In this document: positions 42,201-54,200 of the stretch, in pieces
Position numbering within the stretch: the stretch's first letter is position 1
Layout: each line of letters begins with the position of its first letter
Source: an uncultured Clostridia bacterium
GTDB taxonomy: Bacteria; Bacillota; Clostridia; TANB77; CAG-508
DNA length: 64,000 nt
Assembly (NCBI GenBank): GCA_934133005.1
Contig: CAKPAI010000002.1
Span: 132,657 to 196,656, forward strand
Direction: 5' to 3'
The notes under the pieces: model-generated
What the model was told of the DNA's origin: nothing
Databases searched by the model: none
Seen by the model: only the letters and a program-made list of their open reading frames with translations
Position numbers and translations under genes: made by a program

Positions 42201-45060
42201 CTGTATATGTTTCTTTTGTTGATTTATTAGTATATGTTGTATCTCCTGTATTTATATCATCATCGTCAGCAGATTTAACTGGAATTTTATTTGTATACTG
42301 TGTTCCATCAACAGTAGCTGTTACAACAACTTGATAGTTTGCTTCAGTATAACTACTTTCATATCCACCACCTATTAAAGATGGAGTTACAACTAAGCTA
42401 TTTTCAAAGAATAAGTCTTGCAAACTGGCTACTTCTGTTGGATATTTTGCATTATCCACAACTTGATCAAAATTATTATTTGTTATTGTTCTTGACCAGC
42501 TATTATATTCACCACTATTTATGTCTCCAGATCCCTCATATACCATTATGTCTACACTAGATAAACTTTCTTCTGAGGAAATTGTATCAGCATCAAAACT
42601 AAGGTCAACAGTAAATGCGTTTCCAGCAGGTGCATTTTCTGGTACAGATAAATTAGCTGTTATTGGACTATACTTATCTGTTGTAATTATGCTACTTCCA
42701 ATATAAGCATTCTTATATCCTCCTGAAGTACTTTCTTCATCTTGTAAATCTACAGTTCCATATGCTGAGAATGTATATGATGTTTGTGCTTTTAATCCGT
42801 CTTTCTTATTTCCTTCTTTACCAAGATCAACGTTAATTCTTATTACACTATTTCCATCAACATCTTCTGTCTTTCCATATAATTTTCCATCTCCATATGC
42901 ATCAAGATTTGTTATTTTTAAATATGTTGTATTTTCAACTACGTCACTATAATAGCTTATTGTTAATGGATTTTGGTCATCTACTACTATTGTATTTTGG
43001 TTATCGATTATGTCTAAGTATCCAATTATTTCTGTTGTTTCAAAGTCATTGTTTGTTGCTTTTGTAAATTTAACCGTTGGGAAAGTTTTTCCATTTAATG
43101 AGAAAGCTCCTGCAATTGTACTCTCTACATCAACATATTTCTCATTGTCATATGTTGTCGCAATTACTTTAAATCCATATGATTTTCCTCTTATAATCGA
43201 ATCATTTGATTGCTCATTTCCTACATCTATAACAATATTTCTATCTGTTGTTTGTTTTTGATAAACAGGATTTTTTACATCATATGTTGTCTCATATAAA
43301 CCATCATCATTTAATATAGTTTTAAATTCATATACATAATATTCATATGATTTAATCGCAGAATCTTTATCTGTTACTTCATCAATATATAATGTAAATG
43401 TTCCATCTCTTTTATTTACAGCATAATTTAGCTTATCAATGCTTGCTTTTTCTTTTAAAGTTTGGCAGTTATAATATATTGCCCAATTTTCACCTTCTTG
43501 AACTGCTCCATTGTAACTTATATTTTTTACTTTTACTATATAATTTGTATTTGCCTCAAGTCCAGTAAATTCAACTTCTTCAATTCCGCCACTGTTTTTC
43601 TTTGTTTGATTTTGATTTATAATTTCATTACCATTAGCATCTAATAAATATATTTCCGCACTATCAACATTTGAATCTTTAAATTCTAGATTGAATGTAA
43701 GTGAATTTGCAGTATAAACTTCCTTGCTTATTTCAACACCTATTGAAGATGTTACAAATGTTTTATATAAGAAATTTTTTGTATATACATTGTCATTTAA
43801 AGTATATGTTGCAGTTGCTACTATTGAATAGCTTGTATCAGGTAATAATGTTTGAACATCTATTGGTATACTAAATGTTCCATATGCCTCTTCATCCATG
43901 TATACAACTTTTCCAGTTGCATTGTTTGTAATTTTTATAGTAACATTATCATTTTTTGATAATAAGTCTTCATCATCAGTAATTTGAACTGTTGCTTTTA
44001 TTCCTACTGAAGATATATCCATATCCTCTAATTTAAACTTAGGTTCAGTCTTTGATACTGTTTCATCAACTTTTGTTTCATTATTTTGTATATATTGATA
44101 AATAATATTTACTATTTCAAGGTTTACTTTAGTTTCATCATTTTCTATATTTGTATCAGTTGTTGTTCCTGCATTTGAACCACCATTTGTTCCACCGTTT
44201 CCACCATTTATTATTGTTGTTCCTGAATTGTTGTTATTTGTAGTATTTGTAATTGTTGTGCTACCGCCATTTCCGCCTGTAGTATTATCTATTTCTGTAT
44301 TTTCTTCTGTATTAGTGTTAGTATTTTTATTTTCATTTAAATCAATTAATGTAACATTATCATTAGAATTTATTACCATATCTTCTAAACTCATTTTGTT
44401 TTCATCATTTACACTAACAATTTTTGTTCCTAAATTTAACTTAACACCACTGCTTAATTCTATAAAAGAGTCTGAAGAAATTGTTTGATAACTGAATTCT
44501 TGATTATAAATATTAACAACCTCGCTATCAGAATACTCTACTTCTAGATATCCTGTTACATCTTTTGTATTTCCATTATTAAGTGTTACTTTCATATTAT
44601 TTGCTAAAATCAAATACTTTGTAGCAGATATTTTCCATATTGCTTCTTCAAAATTAACATCTTCTTTTAAATTTTGTACAGTATATCTATTTGAGACTTT
44701 TTTTATCTCTTTATTTGAAGCTACATTATAGTATACAATTGGATCATCATTTATTTTTGACAAATCTAATAAAACACCATCTTGTAACGATATAATATTT
44801 CCACTTGTATAGTGAATAAAATTATCATTACCTAGTGTAACCTTTGTTCCCTCTGTATCATTAAAAACTATTTGTTTATCATAAGATGTTGTATATTTCT
44901 CTTTTTCATAGAAATAATACCTATCTGATGAACCGTTTAAAATATATCCAGATTCAGCAAATTCCATCCTCTTACTTTTTTGTACATTTATTACATTAAA
45001 TGTAAGTACTGTTCCTAATATTAGTCCTATCATTATAAAAAATACAATATACTTTTTCAT
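39208..45060 (-). CDS. giant secreted/anchored surface protein (1950 aa) with multiple FN3-like/Ig-like repeats
   Basis: AAGGAG RBS, N-terminal signal/anchor MKKYIVFFIMIGLILGTVL, N/T-rich linker, repeated L-P-x-T-x-Y-x-[IV] FN3-like strands (LLPDTSYSIVATATY, LEANTNYIVKVKN). No C-terminal TM. Confidence 0.8.
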   Translation of the reverse strand: MKKYIVFFIMIGLILGTVLTFNVINVQKSKRMEFAESGYILNGSSDRYYFYEKEKYTTSYDKQIVFNDTEGTKVTLGNDNFIHYTSGNIISLQDGVLLDLSKINDDPIVYYNVASNKEIKKVSNRYTVQNLKEDVNFEEAIWKISATKYLILANNMKVTLNNGNTKDVTGYLEVEYSDSEVVNIYNQEFSYQTISSDSFIELSSGVKLNLGTKIVSVNDENKMSLEDMVINSNDNVTLIDLNENKNTNTNTEENTEIDNTTGGNGGSTTITNTTNNNNSGTTIINGGNGGTNGGSNAGTTTDTNIENDETKVNLEIVNIIYQYIQNNETKVDETVSKTEPKFKLEDMDISSVGIKATVQITDDEDLLSKNDNVTIKITNNATGKVVYMDEEAYGTFSIPIDVQTLLPDTSYSIVATATYTLNDNVYTKNFLYKTFVTSSIGVEISKEVYTANSLTFNLEFKDSNVDSAEIYLLDANGNEIINQNQTKKNSGGIEEVEFTGLEANTNYIVKVKNISYNGAVQEGENWAIYYNCQTLKEKASIDKLNYAVNKRDGTFTLYIDEVTDKDSAIKSYEYYVYEFKTILNDDGLYETTYDVKNPVYQKQTTDRNIVIDVGNEQSNDSIIRGKSYGFKVIATTYDNEKYVDVESTIAGAFSLNGKTFPTVKFTKATNNDFETTEIIGYLDIIDNQNTIVVDDQNPLTISYYSDVVENTTYLKITNLDAYGDGKLYGKTEDVDGNSVIRINVDLGKEGNKKDGLKAQTSYTFSAYGTVDLQDEESTSGGYKNAYIGSSIITTDKYSPITANLSVPENAPAGNAFTVDLSFDADTISSEESLSSVDIMVYEGSGDINSGEYNSWSRTITNNNFDQVVDNAKYPTEVASLQDLFFENSLVVTPSLIGGGYESSYTEANYQVVVTATVDGTQYTNKIPVKSADDDDINTGDTTYTNKSTKETYTAAYIIVKGKGTTADITEDTARPTATVITNAEANRYGLEKDSNLLDNTAVGYFVSTKFANTGSLSAKSVTYYVWDAEGNPIYEKDESGKYVTDDNGNRVQLKQTLNFVTQDKAPSAIFELDYGTIDTIEKDNETGKLHRGDGYIFSYTVTYTDNNGNDIIWPLNITEDDGSSKYTTQTLKTEILYPQKQDPSFVMYPITSDDTTVTYKYSCKDVDAALQYNENDTREYAHLILAVNGSIQNSDIQVKTDGKLDNLSIYIPQKNVTFTLSYNKNVNKAKNGKVYQTVTMVTQKFEGIVNCNDVSIESIAYDNDKSPNSIRLKLSGDKASRIAAAQVKFTQNGETMTSKLLKVNDDDNYYFDVDLLELAATNSNFDSFIGKQSNIEVILYYDDGVIGYAPTNAFEYSAYTNANGAYVALNDANFEVVDKIGGNMYNYSFSAENSEARLGISNIDAINNGTAGVTLSMQYTESGLKQNDMIITQKEIAKTEFATEKTISIQSLRAGIKMNKIETSIKKAEISASLIKPNSMTIPGGITIEIYHTKDKDAKPNWKSDTVITKLLQENEFENTIVLDDLSPAEYYYIRFRYNDGVSDVYLYDMDTKEVGAVYQFETLATIGINSISIKYDAVKYKEKYIDIDYKITQNRSNMYEFTKYAFYEADGTTLVPLTDNNVVRGENSKYEINENGELIVTNAKYETENLINAINEKISISPDYNTFSINKKYILKITPMVTYNGALVEIETEEAEFTLDTLQEPKIGLTMRRQKVNQNNNEIDYIRVTTTVQDPDAMIQGQEYGEYELHVYRYKGGSPEFTEENEVPIYSTPIGGSAITEKKFNINDYGTNFSVYVQQSSIDYRTYSYIAVIKLKYDRNNDGNTEDKEEKYSISKIENDQDVAIGSTALVQNENSCEMRFYDSYYNITKIDKITYTMYNLTNSQTQSGTFTPTWRQEEDSENSGVSYYKVILPETFKSSGTYTIQMNLFVGNTLVGTINNTAYINKNN

Positions 45061-45267
45061 ATTTTTTTATCTCCTTGCATTTGTTCAAAAATCTTCTTTT
45101 ATAGCTTATCATACTGGTTTTGAAATTTCAATACACATTTTTTCCATTTTTTTTAATTTTATACCATTAATGTGTAAACCTCTCTATTTTTCAAGCATTT
45201 TCGAGCTTATTTTGCAATTTCTCTCATTATTTTTTTTTCATTTCATTTTTGTTACAAAAAAATTACA

Positions 45268-45295
45268 CTATCCTCATTGTGATAGTGTAACTTTA
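45268..45295 (-). terminator. rho-independent terminator after the 3484-aa gene
   Basis: TTACACTATC-N8-GATAGTGTAA 10-bp stem immediately after the stop, followed by T7 on the minus strand. Confidence 0.6.
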
Positions 45296-45298
45296 ATA

Positions 45299-48200
45299 TT
45301 ATCTATTACTTTTTCTATACATTACAATCAAAGCTAAAATTATTACTAAAACTATAATTGAAATCAATATAGTTCCTATATTTTGCATTGTTTTCTTTCC
45401 AGTAGATATGTTATTGTAATAGTTTGTTAATTCTTGACTCTTATTTATCTTTGCATTTTCTGTAGTTATAGTTGATGTTGTTGTATCTAAAAGTTCATTT
45501 GCACTATATACTACATAGTTTTGTGAATTTGAATCATATGCAGTTACATAACCTGCACTTGCGTTATTATTGCTACTTTGATTTGAGTTCGAAGGTTTTT
45601 CTCCTGTTGTATTTGTCTCAGTCATAGTATTATTCGAATTGCCACTATTTCCTGTTTCACTATTTTCAGTATTTTGCTTTAATTCAATTTCACTTGTTGC
45701 ATCAGCAATAGATTTTTTCTCTAATTTTTGTACTAACTCTTGAGCCTCTTTATAATCTTTTTCATCAATTTTATATGATAGATTTTCTAAACTCAATCCA
45801 TTTAATAAGTAACTTACAAAGTTTGTACTTTCATTATTTACTCCATTATCATATATTTCTTCACCAGTTATATAATTAAATCCATATACATTTCCTGTCG
45901 CAGAATATATTAAAACTATTTCACTGTCATTATTTAAGTTATTAGTCATTTGTATAATCTTTTCATTTTTAAAGTTTACTGGATATTTAATATCAGTTAG
46001 AAGATTATATATTTTACCATCAGTACCAAGAGTTGATTCATACTGCTTATTATTGTATGAATCTATTACTACAGAAGTTCCTACATTAGAGAACTTTCCA
46101 TCAATTACATACATAGTACCTTTTTTGATAAATATTTGTCCATCTTTGAATACATTTGTTCCATCTTCTTCTGTTACTTTTGTACAATGATAGAATGTTT
46201 GAACTTTTTTACCTAAATATGTGCTTTCTGTTATTGGAGTAATATTATCTAATAATTTCATTCCAGATACATTTCTAATATTTTTCATAGAACTTAAATC
46301 ATAAACATTTCCATTTGAATCTAGTACTTCGCTCTCATATAAGTTTGTAAAAGTTCCTTTTATTGTTCTTTTATTTGAATTTAGACTTCCATCTGATAGA
46401 TAGAAATATTCATCATTAGATATTGCAAGCATATTTCTTATATCATCTGCTTCAAAATCTTTTGTATCCCAATAATTAGCATTTGTAATTCTTATAGTAA
46501 ATGGAGATTTAAAATCATATTCAAAAGTATATACTCTTTGATTTATTTTTTGCTTTTCACTTATAATTTCGCCATTTGAAGTTACAGAAAATGTTGCACT
46601 TGTATTTGCCTTGCTAAATTCAATATTTATTTTATCTGCTCCTACAGTATATACATAAACTTGTGGCAAGTCTTCTTCCAATTGATCATCCTCATAATAT
46701 GCTACTGGCATAATCTCATCATCTAAAAGCATTAAATTTGCTAACGTTGCTTCACTTGCTAGTTGTTCACTAAACAATCTTATTGTAGCTTCACTATAAG
46801 TTATTGTTCTTTCTGGTATTGCAAATTCTTTAATAGTTACTCCCATTTCACTCCAATAAGTTTGTGCTGAATAATTTGGTTTTAGTGTTGGAAAATATCC
46901 AGATTTATAATTGTATCTTCCTGTACCAAAGTTTAAGCCTTCATTTCCTACAGCAACTTGTCCTATAACAGTAGAACCAATTATATTTCCTTCTTCATCA
47001 TACTCATACTCGTATTCATCCTCATAGATTCTTACATTTTTAGTATAATTACTTACAACTTTTAGCTCATCACTAGTTATCATTTTATAGTTTTCATTTT
47101 CTTCTACAATTCCTGATACTTGTGTTTTTGTAGCTAATAATTGGTTTTGCAAATTGCTTCCATTATATATGTAAATATTATTCATATATTTTGCTTGAAA
47201 TAACCCATAGTCAGAATTTTTAATTGATGCAATTCCCATATCAGCATATTTGCTTGATGTAGATATAACATCTGTTGCAATTAAATTACACTCAATAATA
47301 TTATATTTTTCAACATCAGGATCATAATTTATTTCTTTATATATTTCACCAATTAAGCCTCCTGCTGAACTTTTAGCAGATATATTTATTGTCTCATCAC
47401 TGTTTGCAATATAGTTATATTTTATTGTAGCTTTATATTGTAAGTTATTTAATTTGCTATTATCAAAATATCCTACTATTCCACCGGCGCCTTCTCCTGT
47501 TGCTGTTACATCAGTATTTACAGCATAACAGTATTGGATATTTCCAACTTGGCTTCCTCCTGCGATTCCACCAACATAATTTGCTCCTTTTACATAGCTA
47601 TCTTCTATATATGAATGCCACAAATAGTAATTGCTAGATTTTATTGAATTTGCTGAAGTTCCAACATAACCTGTATAGTATCCAACAATTCCTCCAACAT
47701 AATTTCCTCTTCCTGTAACTGTAGTATTATTAGTTACAGCTCCACCATGTATTGTTCCTCTCTCATATCCTGCAATTCCTCCAACATAACCAGAACCAAT
47801 AATCGTTACATTTGATACATATGCTCCAGCAGTTGAATAATTTGAATTATTAGATGTTGATATTGAAGTATTAGTATACTCATTATATCCAACAGCTCCA
47901 CCTACATAATTTCCAGAAGCCGTTACTTGGCAGTTCTCAACTTTTAATTCTTTTATTCTTCCATTTGTCCATCCAACAGAACCAGATACATAGTTTCTAC
48001 CTATTATTTCTTGGTTTGTTCCTGTAGATAGTGAGTTATTTAAAGTAGCATTATTGTTATTTAGTCTTCCTACATTTCCTGCTACATAATCTAATCCTTT
48101 AATATAATTGTTTCTAGATACAGGGTTTGAAACTGATGACCAACCAGTATTTCCATAATTTCCACCTACATAAGAACCCGTTGCACTCTTTGTTTTGTAG

Positions 48201-51200
48201 TCACTTACTTTATTTAGATTATTTGTTGCAATTATTATGTTATTTTCTGAAGTTGCACTTATGCCACTCCATCCTCCTTGTTGACCATTGTTGCCTCCAA
48301 CATAATTTGCTCCAAGTATAATATTATTTGTTGAAACCATATTATTGGTTGAACTTGCACCATTTCCACAATTTGCACCTACATAATTTCCAGTTCCTAA
48401 AATTATACTATTGCTTACTTTTGAGTTATAGAAAGTTGATCCACTTCCACCATATTCACCAATCGCTCCTCCAATGATACTTCTTCCTTTTATTAAGTAA
48501 TCGGTTTCTTCATCGCTATCTTTTTTACCATTTTCAGAATATTGATATGCATAAACTCCATTGATTGTATTTTGTGTACTTCCGAATATTCCACCAGCAT
48601 AATCGCCCGATGCAGTTACCTGTAAATATGTTCCTTTTATGTTACTTGTTGATCCCAATGACGCTGTATATCCACATAATGAACCAACATAGCTTTCACC
48701 TGTAACATTCATTCTATTTAGTGTAATATTATTAAATCTACCAGAAACTGCTCTTGATACTACTCCGACGTAATTCTTTCCGCCTTCGATAGTTATGTTA
48801 TCAAAAGTACAATCCTTCATTTCTCCTCTTAGTATGCTAATGATTCCACTATAATTTCCAGTACATGTAATCTTAGAATCTTTAAAGTGAATATTTTCGC
48901 AATTTGTTTTTATTTCTTTTATAAGACCAGAACTATCTCCTACTGATATATTTACATTTTTAAATGAATATTCTGTACTTCCTTCTAGTCTACCAATTAC
49001 AACATTTGTTACAATATGATCAACTGTACTAAAATCAATATCTCCAGTTATTCTTACATTTTGACCTATGTAATTTTTTCCTGAATTTTCAAAAAAGTCA
49101 TTCCACTCATCAGCATTTGAAATACCTTTATATAATGTAACTTTTATTTTCGTTGATATTTCTTTTTGTACAAAGTTTGTTCCATCTCTTGTATAAATTA
49201 TATTTTCAATTTTATAACTTTCAAAAGCTTTATTTGGAGTTGCAACAAATTTTGCTATTGTAAGTCCTGTTCCTTCCTCCTTTGATGTAGTCCAGCTTCC
49301 ATCAACAACAGACATATCATTGTCTTCTATTGTTACACCTGTTAAACTTAAATCATTAGGATTTTCAAATTTCATTTCTACTGTAACATTTGTTTTGTCT
49401 TCTGATGGTGTAGAAGTAATACTATATAGTTTTAAATCATTATCAAGTGTAATTAGTTTTTGATTTGCAAGCAATCCACTCTTTGATGTATTCATTAATT
49501 GTGGGAAATATCTATTATTTAATAAATTCATTTCTTGACCATTTTGAACTATCGTTCTTGCAAAATTATCATCAAATTTTAACAAGTTTGCAAAAGTATT
49601 GTCTGTAAATATTTCATTATCTTTTAATAGTTTAGTTGCTCCATATAAATCTGTTTTCTTTTCGCCACTCATTAATTGGTCTGCATAAGCATAGTTATTA
49701 TATGAAGTAGTTCCGCCATTGTTTCCTAAAATTCTATTGAAGTTATATATACCTGTGTTTCCTGCTATATAAATATTTCCTAAGAATAAACAGTTTTGTA
49801 CTCCTGAAGCACCAGTATCACTATAACCTGCAATACCTCCAAAGTAAATATTTCCACTTGTAGTTTTTGTATTTAAGTTAATCAAACTATAACAATTCTT
49901 TACATAGCAAGAACCATATTTTCCAAATCCTAAAATTCCTCCTGCATTTGTAAATGTATTTATCCTTCCTGTAGTATAACAGTTTTGAATATAGAATACT
50001 GGTGAACCTGCTTTTACTCTTTCATCTGAGTCATGTCTTTTATAACCAACAATTCCTCCGATACCATCTACTTGAGTTACACTCGTTGCTTCAACATTAT
50101 AATTTTGTACATAACAGTTTTGTATATATGTAGTAACACCACCAAATGCATATAAGTTTCCAACAATTCCTCCTGCATCAATATACAATGAATTTGGAGA
50201 ATTAAATGTCAAATCAAATCCTTGAACAGAACAGTTTTGTACTTTTATACTGTCAGCTGGATTACTACTTCCACTACTAATTGAACCTACTATTCCTCCA
50301 TATTTTCCATTGTCTTTATTATATGACACATTCATTTCCATATTTGATATACTAACATTATCAATTAGTATATTATCAGTCATATCTGCTCTAGCAATCA
50401 TTCCTGCATATTGAGAATTTGTATTTATTGTAAAGTTATTTATATTAAGATTTTTTATTTCACCTTCTGCAAATCCTGCAAATAACGATTCTGTTCCACT
50501 TATGTTATTTATAGTGTGCACTTTTCCTTCATATTCGCCATCTAAGTAGCCTGTAAATGTTCCTGTTATATATGGGCTATATTCAGAATCAGCAAAATTT
50601 AAATCATTAACTAATCTATAGTTTTGTATTAATCCACTTACGCCATTTTCATCAGTTTGATCTATATTTGTCCAGTCTTTTTCGTTTGCTATCTTCTTTA
50701 CAAATCTTACATCAATATATCTTGTTCCCATTGCTTCATTTTCACCATATACTGATGTTTTTATGACACCATTTGCCTGCTTACTTTGAATCTTTGATAC
50801 ATTGTAAGTATCTAAGAATGAAGTTGGATTATTTAATAACATATATACTGTACTTACTCTCTTGCTATATGATTGGCTTAAAATTACTTCATCCAAATAA
50901 TCAACATCAATTACACTTATTGTTGTTCCTGCAGGGTTATAAACTCTAAATGAAACAAGTTTTGTATTTTCATCGGTCAAATCAACATTATTTAATGTAA
51001 TATATGAATTTATTTCATTTCTAACCTTATCTGTTATATCTAATGAACTTATATCATTATTTTCTATTACAGAACCTGAAAGTATATCAATTATTTCATT
51101 ACCTGTAATATCTATTTTTACATTGTCTTGTTTAGGCATACAATAATTTAGTTTTAATTGAGGATAATATCCATTTGAAACTAAATTTTCAACAGTAAAG

Positions 51201-54200
51201 TTTTTATAACTATTAGCATTTAATATTACTTCTTGAACCCCTGGTTCGTAAAGTCCTGTTGATGCTGTTTTAGTATTATAATCACTGTCATCATACATTA
51301 CTTCACAGAAATAGTAACAATCATTTACATTTGTTCCTGCATTTTTATTCAAAATACTTGGTCCTAAATATTGTTCTTTATTTTCTGCATCTAATTCTCC
51401 TGAATATTCAAAATCTTCATATGCAGTAATAATTGACATTACAGAATATACATTTCTTATAGTAGCACTGCATGATGGTCTTGATATTATCTGTCCTAAG
51501 TTATTAGTTACAGGTGGATATCCTAAATCATATACAATATTTCCTGCATAAGAATATGTTCCACTTGTATGATTTATTTTTATTGTTGTTGTATTAAATA
51601 TATTTTGCATTAGTCCATTATTTCCATCTAATTGAACTGCTACTCCTCCAATATATCTATAGTCATATGCAGCTATATCTCCATATGTTTCAATTCCTTG
51701 CCCATAAATATATCCATTTTGTATTGTTCCATGTGAATATAAGCAAACTCCTGCTATATATTGTGATGCATATAATGGTACTTCATAATCTATGATAAAG
51801 TTATCTATTTTTCCTGAATTGTCATATCCAAGTAAAGCGACATTTGCTCTTGCTTTTTGAGTTGCCTTCTTTAGTCTAACAATTACATTATCTATGTTTC
51901 CTTCATTATATAAGAATAGTGAATAATATCCATCTTCTTTTGCAGCTGGTACTTCAACAATTTTATCTCCAACTACAGTTACTGTCATTTTAGGAGATAC
52001 ACTATTTAAAGAATAATCTATTACAATATTCTTTAAATCAGCTTCTGCTCCTAATTTATAGAATATATATGAAGTTACTTCTCTTTTTGTTGTTAGCGAA
52101 TAAGTATCTTTAGTTATGGTTTTTCCATTGAAGTCTATTGTTCCATTAAATGTTATATTTGGATTTCCAAATGTATAAGATGTTGCTCCTCCAGCATTAC
52201 TTAAATCTATATCATTTAATAGTATATAATTTCCATTAGGTTGTATCTCTAGAAATTCATCAATTGTTGATATACTCTTAATTTCAGTTTTAGCATTTAC
52301 GTCATATTCAAAAGTTACTTGTGACAATACATATTCCCTACTATATTGCCTTATTATAAGCTCTACTGTGTAATCAATAGTATCATTTCCACTTTCTTCA
52401 ATAATATATTTTTTCACTTCTTCGATCATAGTTACAGAATCATAATTATAATCAAATTCTTGTACTTTTGTTTGATTTGAAGAATTTTTAGAAGTTATTT
52501 TTATATAATATTTACATGAATTTGCACTTTCATCAAATGTAACATGTTTTTCATCTATAAATTTAACATCCATATTTGCATAGAATGTATATTTATATTT
52601 TTCATAACTTGTCGCAGAATTTCCTTTTTCTGCTTGTAAATCTTTTACTTTCAAATAATAGTCTTTTTGATTTATAACTTCTTCATCATCAGTTATTTTT
52701 TCACCATCTTCATTGGTCTCGCCAGGAATTATATCCACTTGTGAATAATCTTCTAGGTAAAAACCTACAAAACCATCATCTGGTACAGTTATTGTTTGTA
52801 CAAATTCTGCCCAATTATCAGTTGTTATTCCACTAAGTTCAGTTATATTTCTGCCAATTCCTTTTCCTAATTGCATATATATTTTTGGTGTTCCTGTTGC
52901 TACAGGATTGTTATCTTTCCATTGATATTGTGCCTTAAACGATAATGTAACTTTTTCACCCACATAATTTCCTAAATCATAAACATAACATTGATTTGAT
53001 AAGAATGTAATTTGATTACTATTTTCATCATATGTCTTACCATAATTATACTTAGATCTTGTTTCATAATTTACAACATCATTATCTAATACATACTCTG
53101 TCTCTAGTACACCAAATGTTTTTGCATACCAATTGTTGTTAGATGATACATCTATAAGATTCTTTCCATTATCTGCAATTTCTCTTTGAAGTCCTATTAA
53201 ATCTATACTTCCTCCAAGACCACTTGTAGTAAACTCTTTTTTACCAATTTGATAATTGTTTTGAACTTTATTAGCATTATTAGTCTCATTATACGAAGCC
53301 GCCTCACAAGTGAATGTATAAATTTCATTTTCTGTTAAGCCTTCATATGTTAATCTTATCCATCTGTTTGTAGGAATTTTAGTTGTGCTTTTTACTTCTT
53401 CTTTGTTCTCATCTATTACTTCTATAGTTGGCAAATATTCTTTTGAAAATCTGTCAACCAATCTTACTATTGTTAGATTATCAGCAACTGCTCCATCTTC
53501 ATCGTCAATATAAATATCCATATCAATTAAGTTTGTAGTTGCAATTACATTTCTTATTTGAAGGGTTGCTGTTTTCTTGTTTGTCATAAAACTATTTGTA
53601 GTATATGATGTTACAATTTCTTTTTCTACACTTCCTTGTTTTGCTACTGCCTTTAACTCAATTTTATATGTTGTATTTGATTCCAAGTTTTCAAATAAAT
53701 TTGCAATTCCATCAGTTTTTAATGAATTTATATCGTCCATAAATACTGATTTAATTTCATTATTCTTACTATCTCTTATAATCATAGTGACATTTTGTAA
53801 AATATTAACTAGCCTATGATCTGTTTTGTCTGTATTTATTGTGGTCCTTAGATTTGCACTACTTGATGTTATATCATTATCTATATCATATGTTACTTCT
53901 AATTTTAAACTACCTAATTTACTTAAACTTAATGTAGTAAATGTTGCACTTCCAATTTCTTGATCTTGTTTTATTCCATTACCATCACCTATATCAAAGT
54001 CACCAAAAACTCTAATTGTATAAGTATTTTCTGGATCTAAATCGCTAAATTCTAATTTATTATCACCTATTTCTAAGTTATCTCTTTTTACTACTTCACC
54101 ATTACTTGATAATAAAATATATCTATAATTATCTATCGTTACTTTATCTTCATTTATTAAAGATACATTTATCGTTACACTTGTTACATTTTGTGCATTT

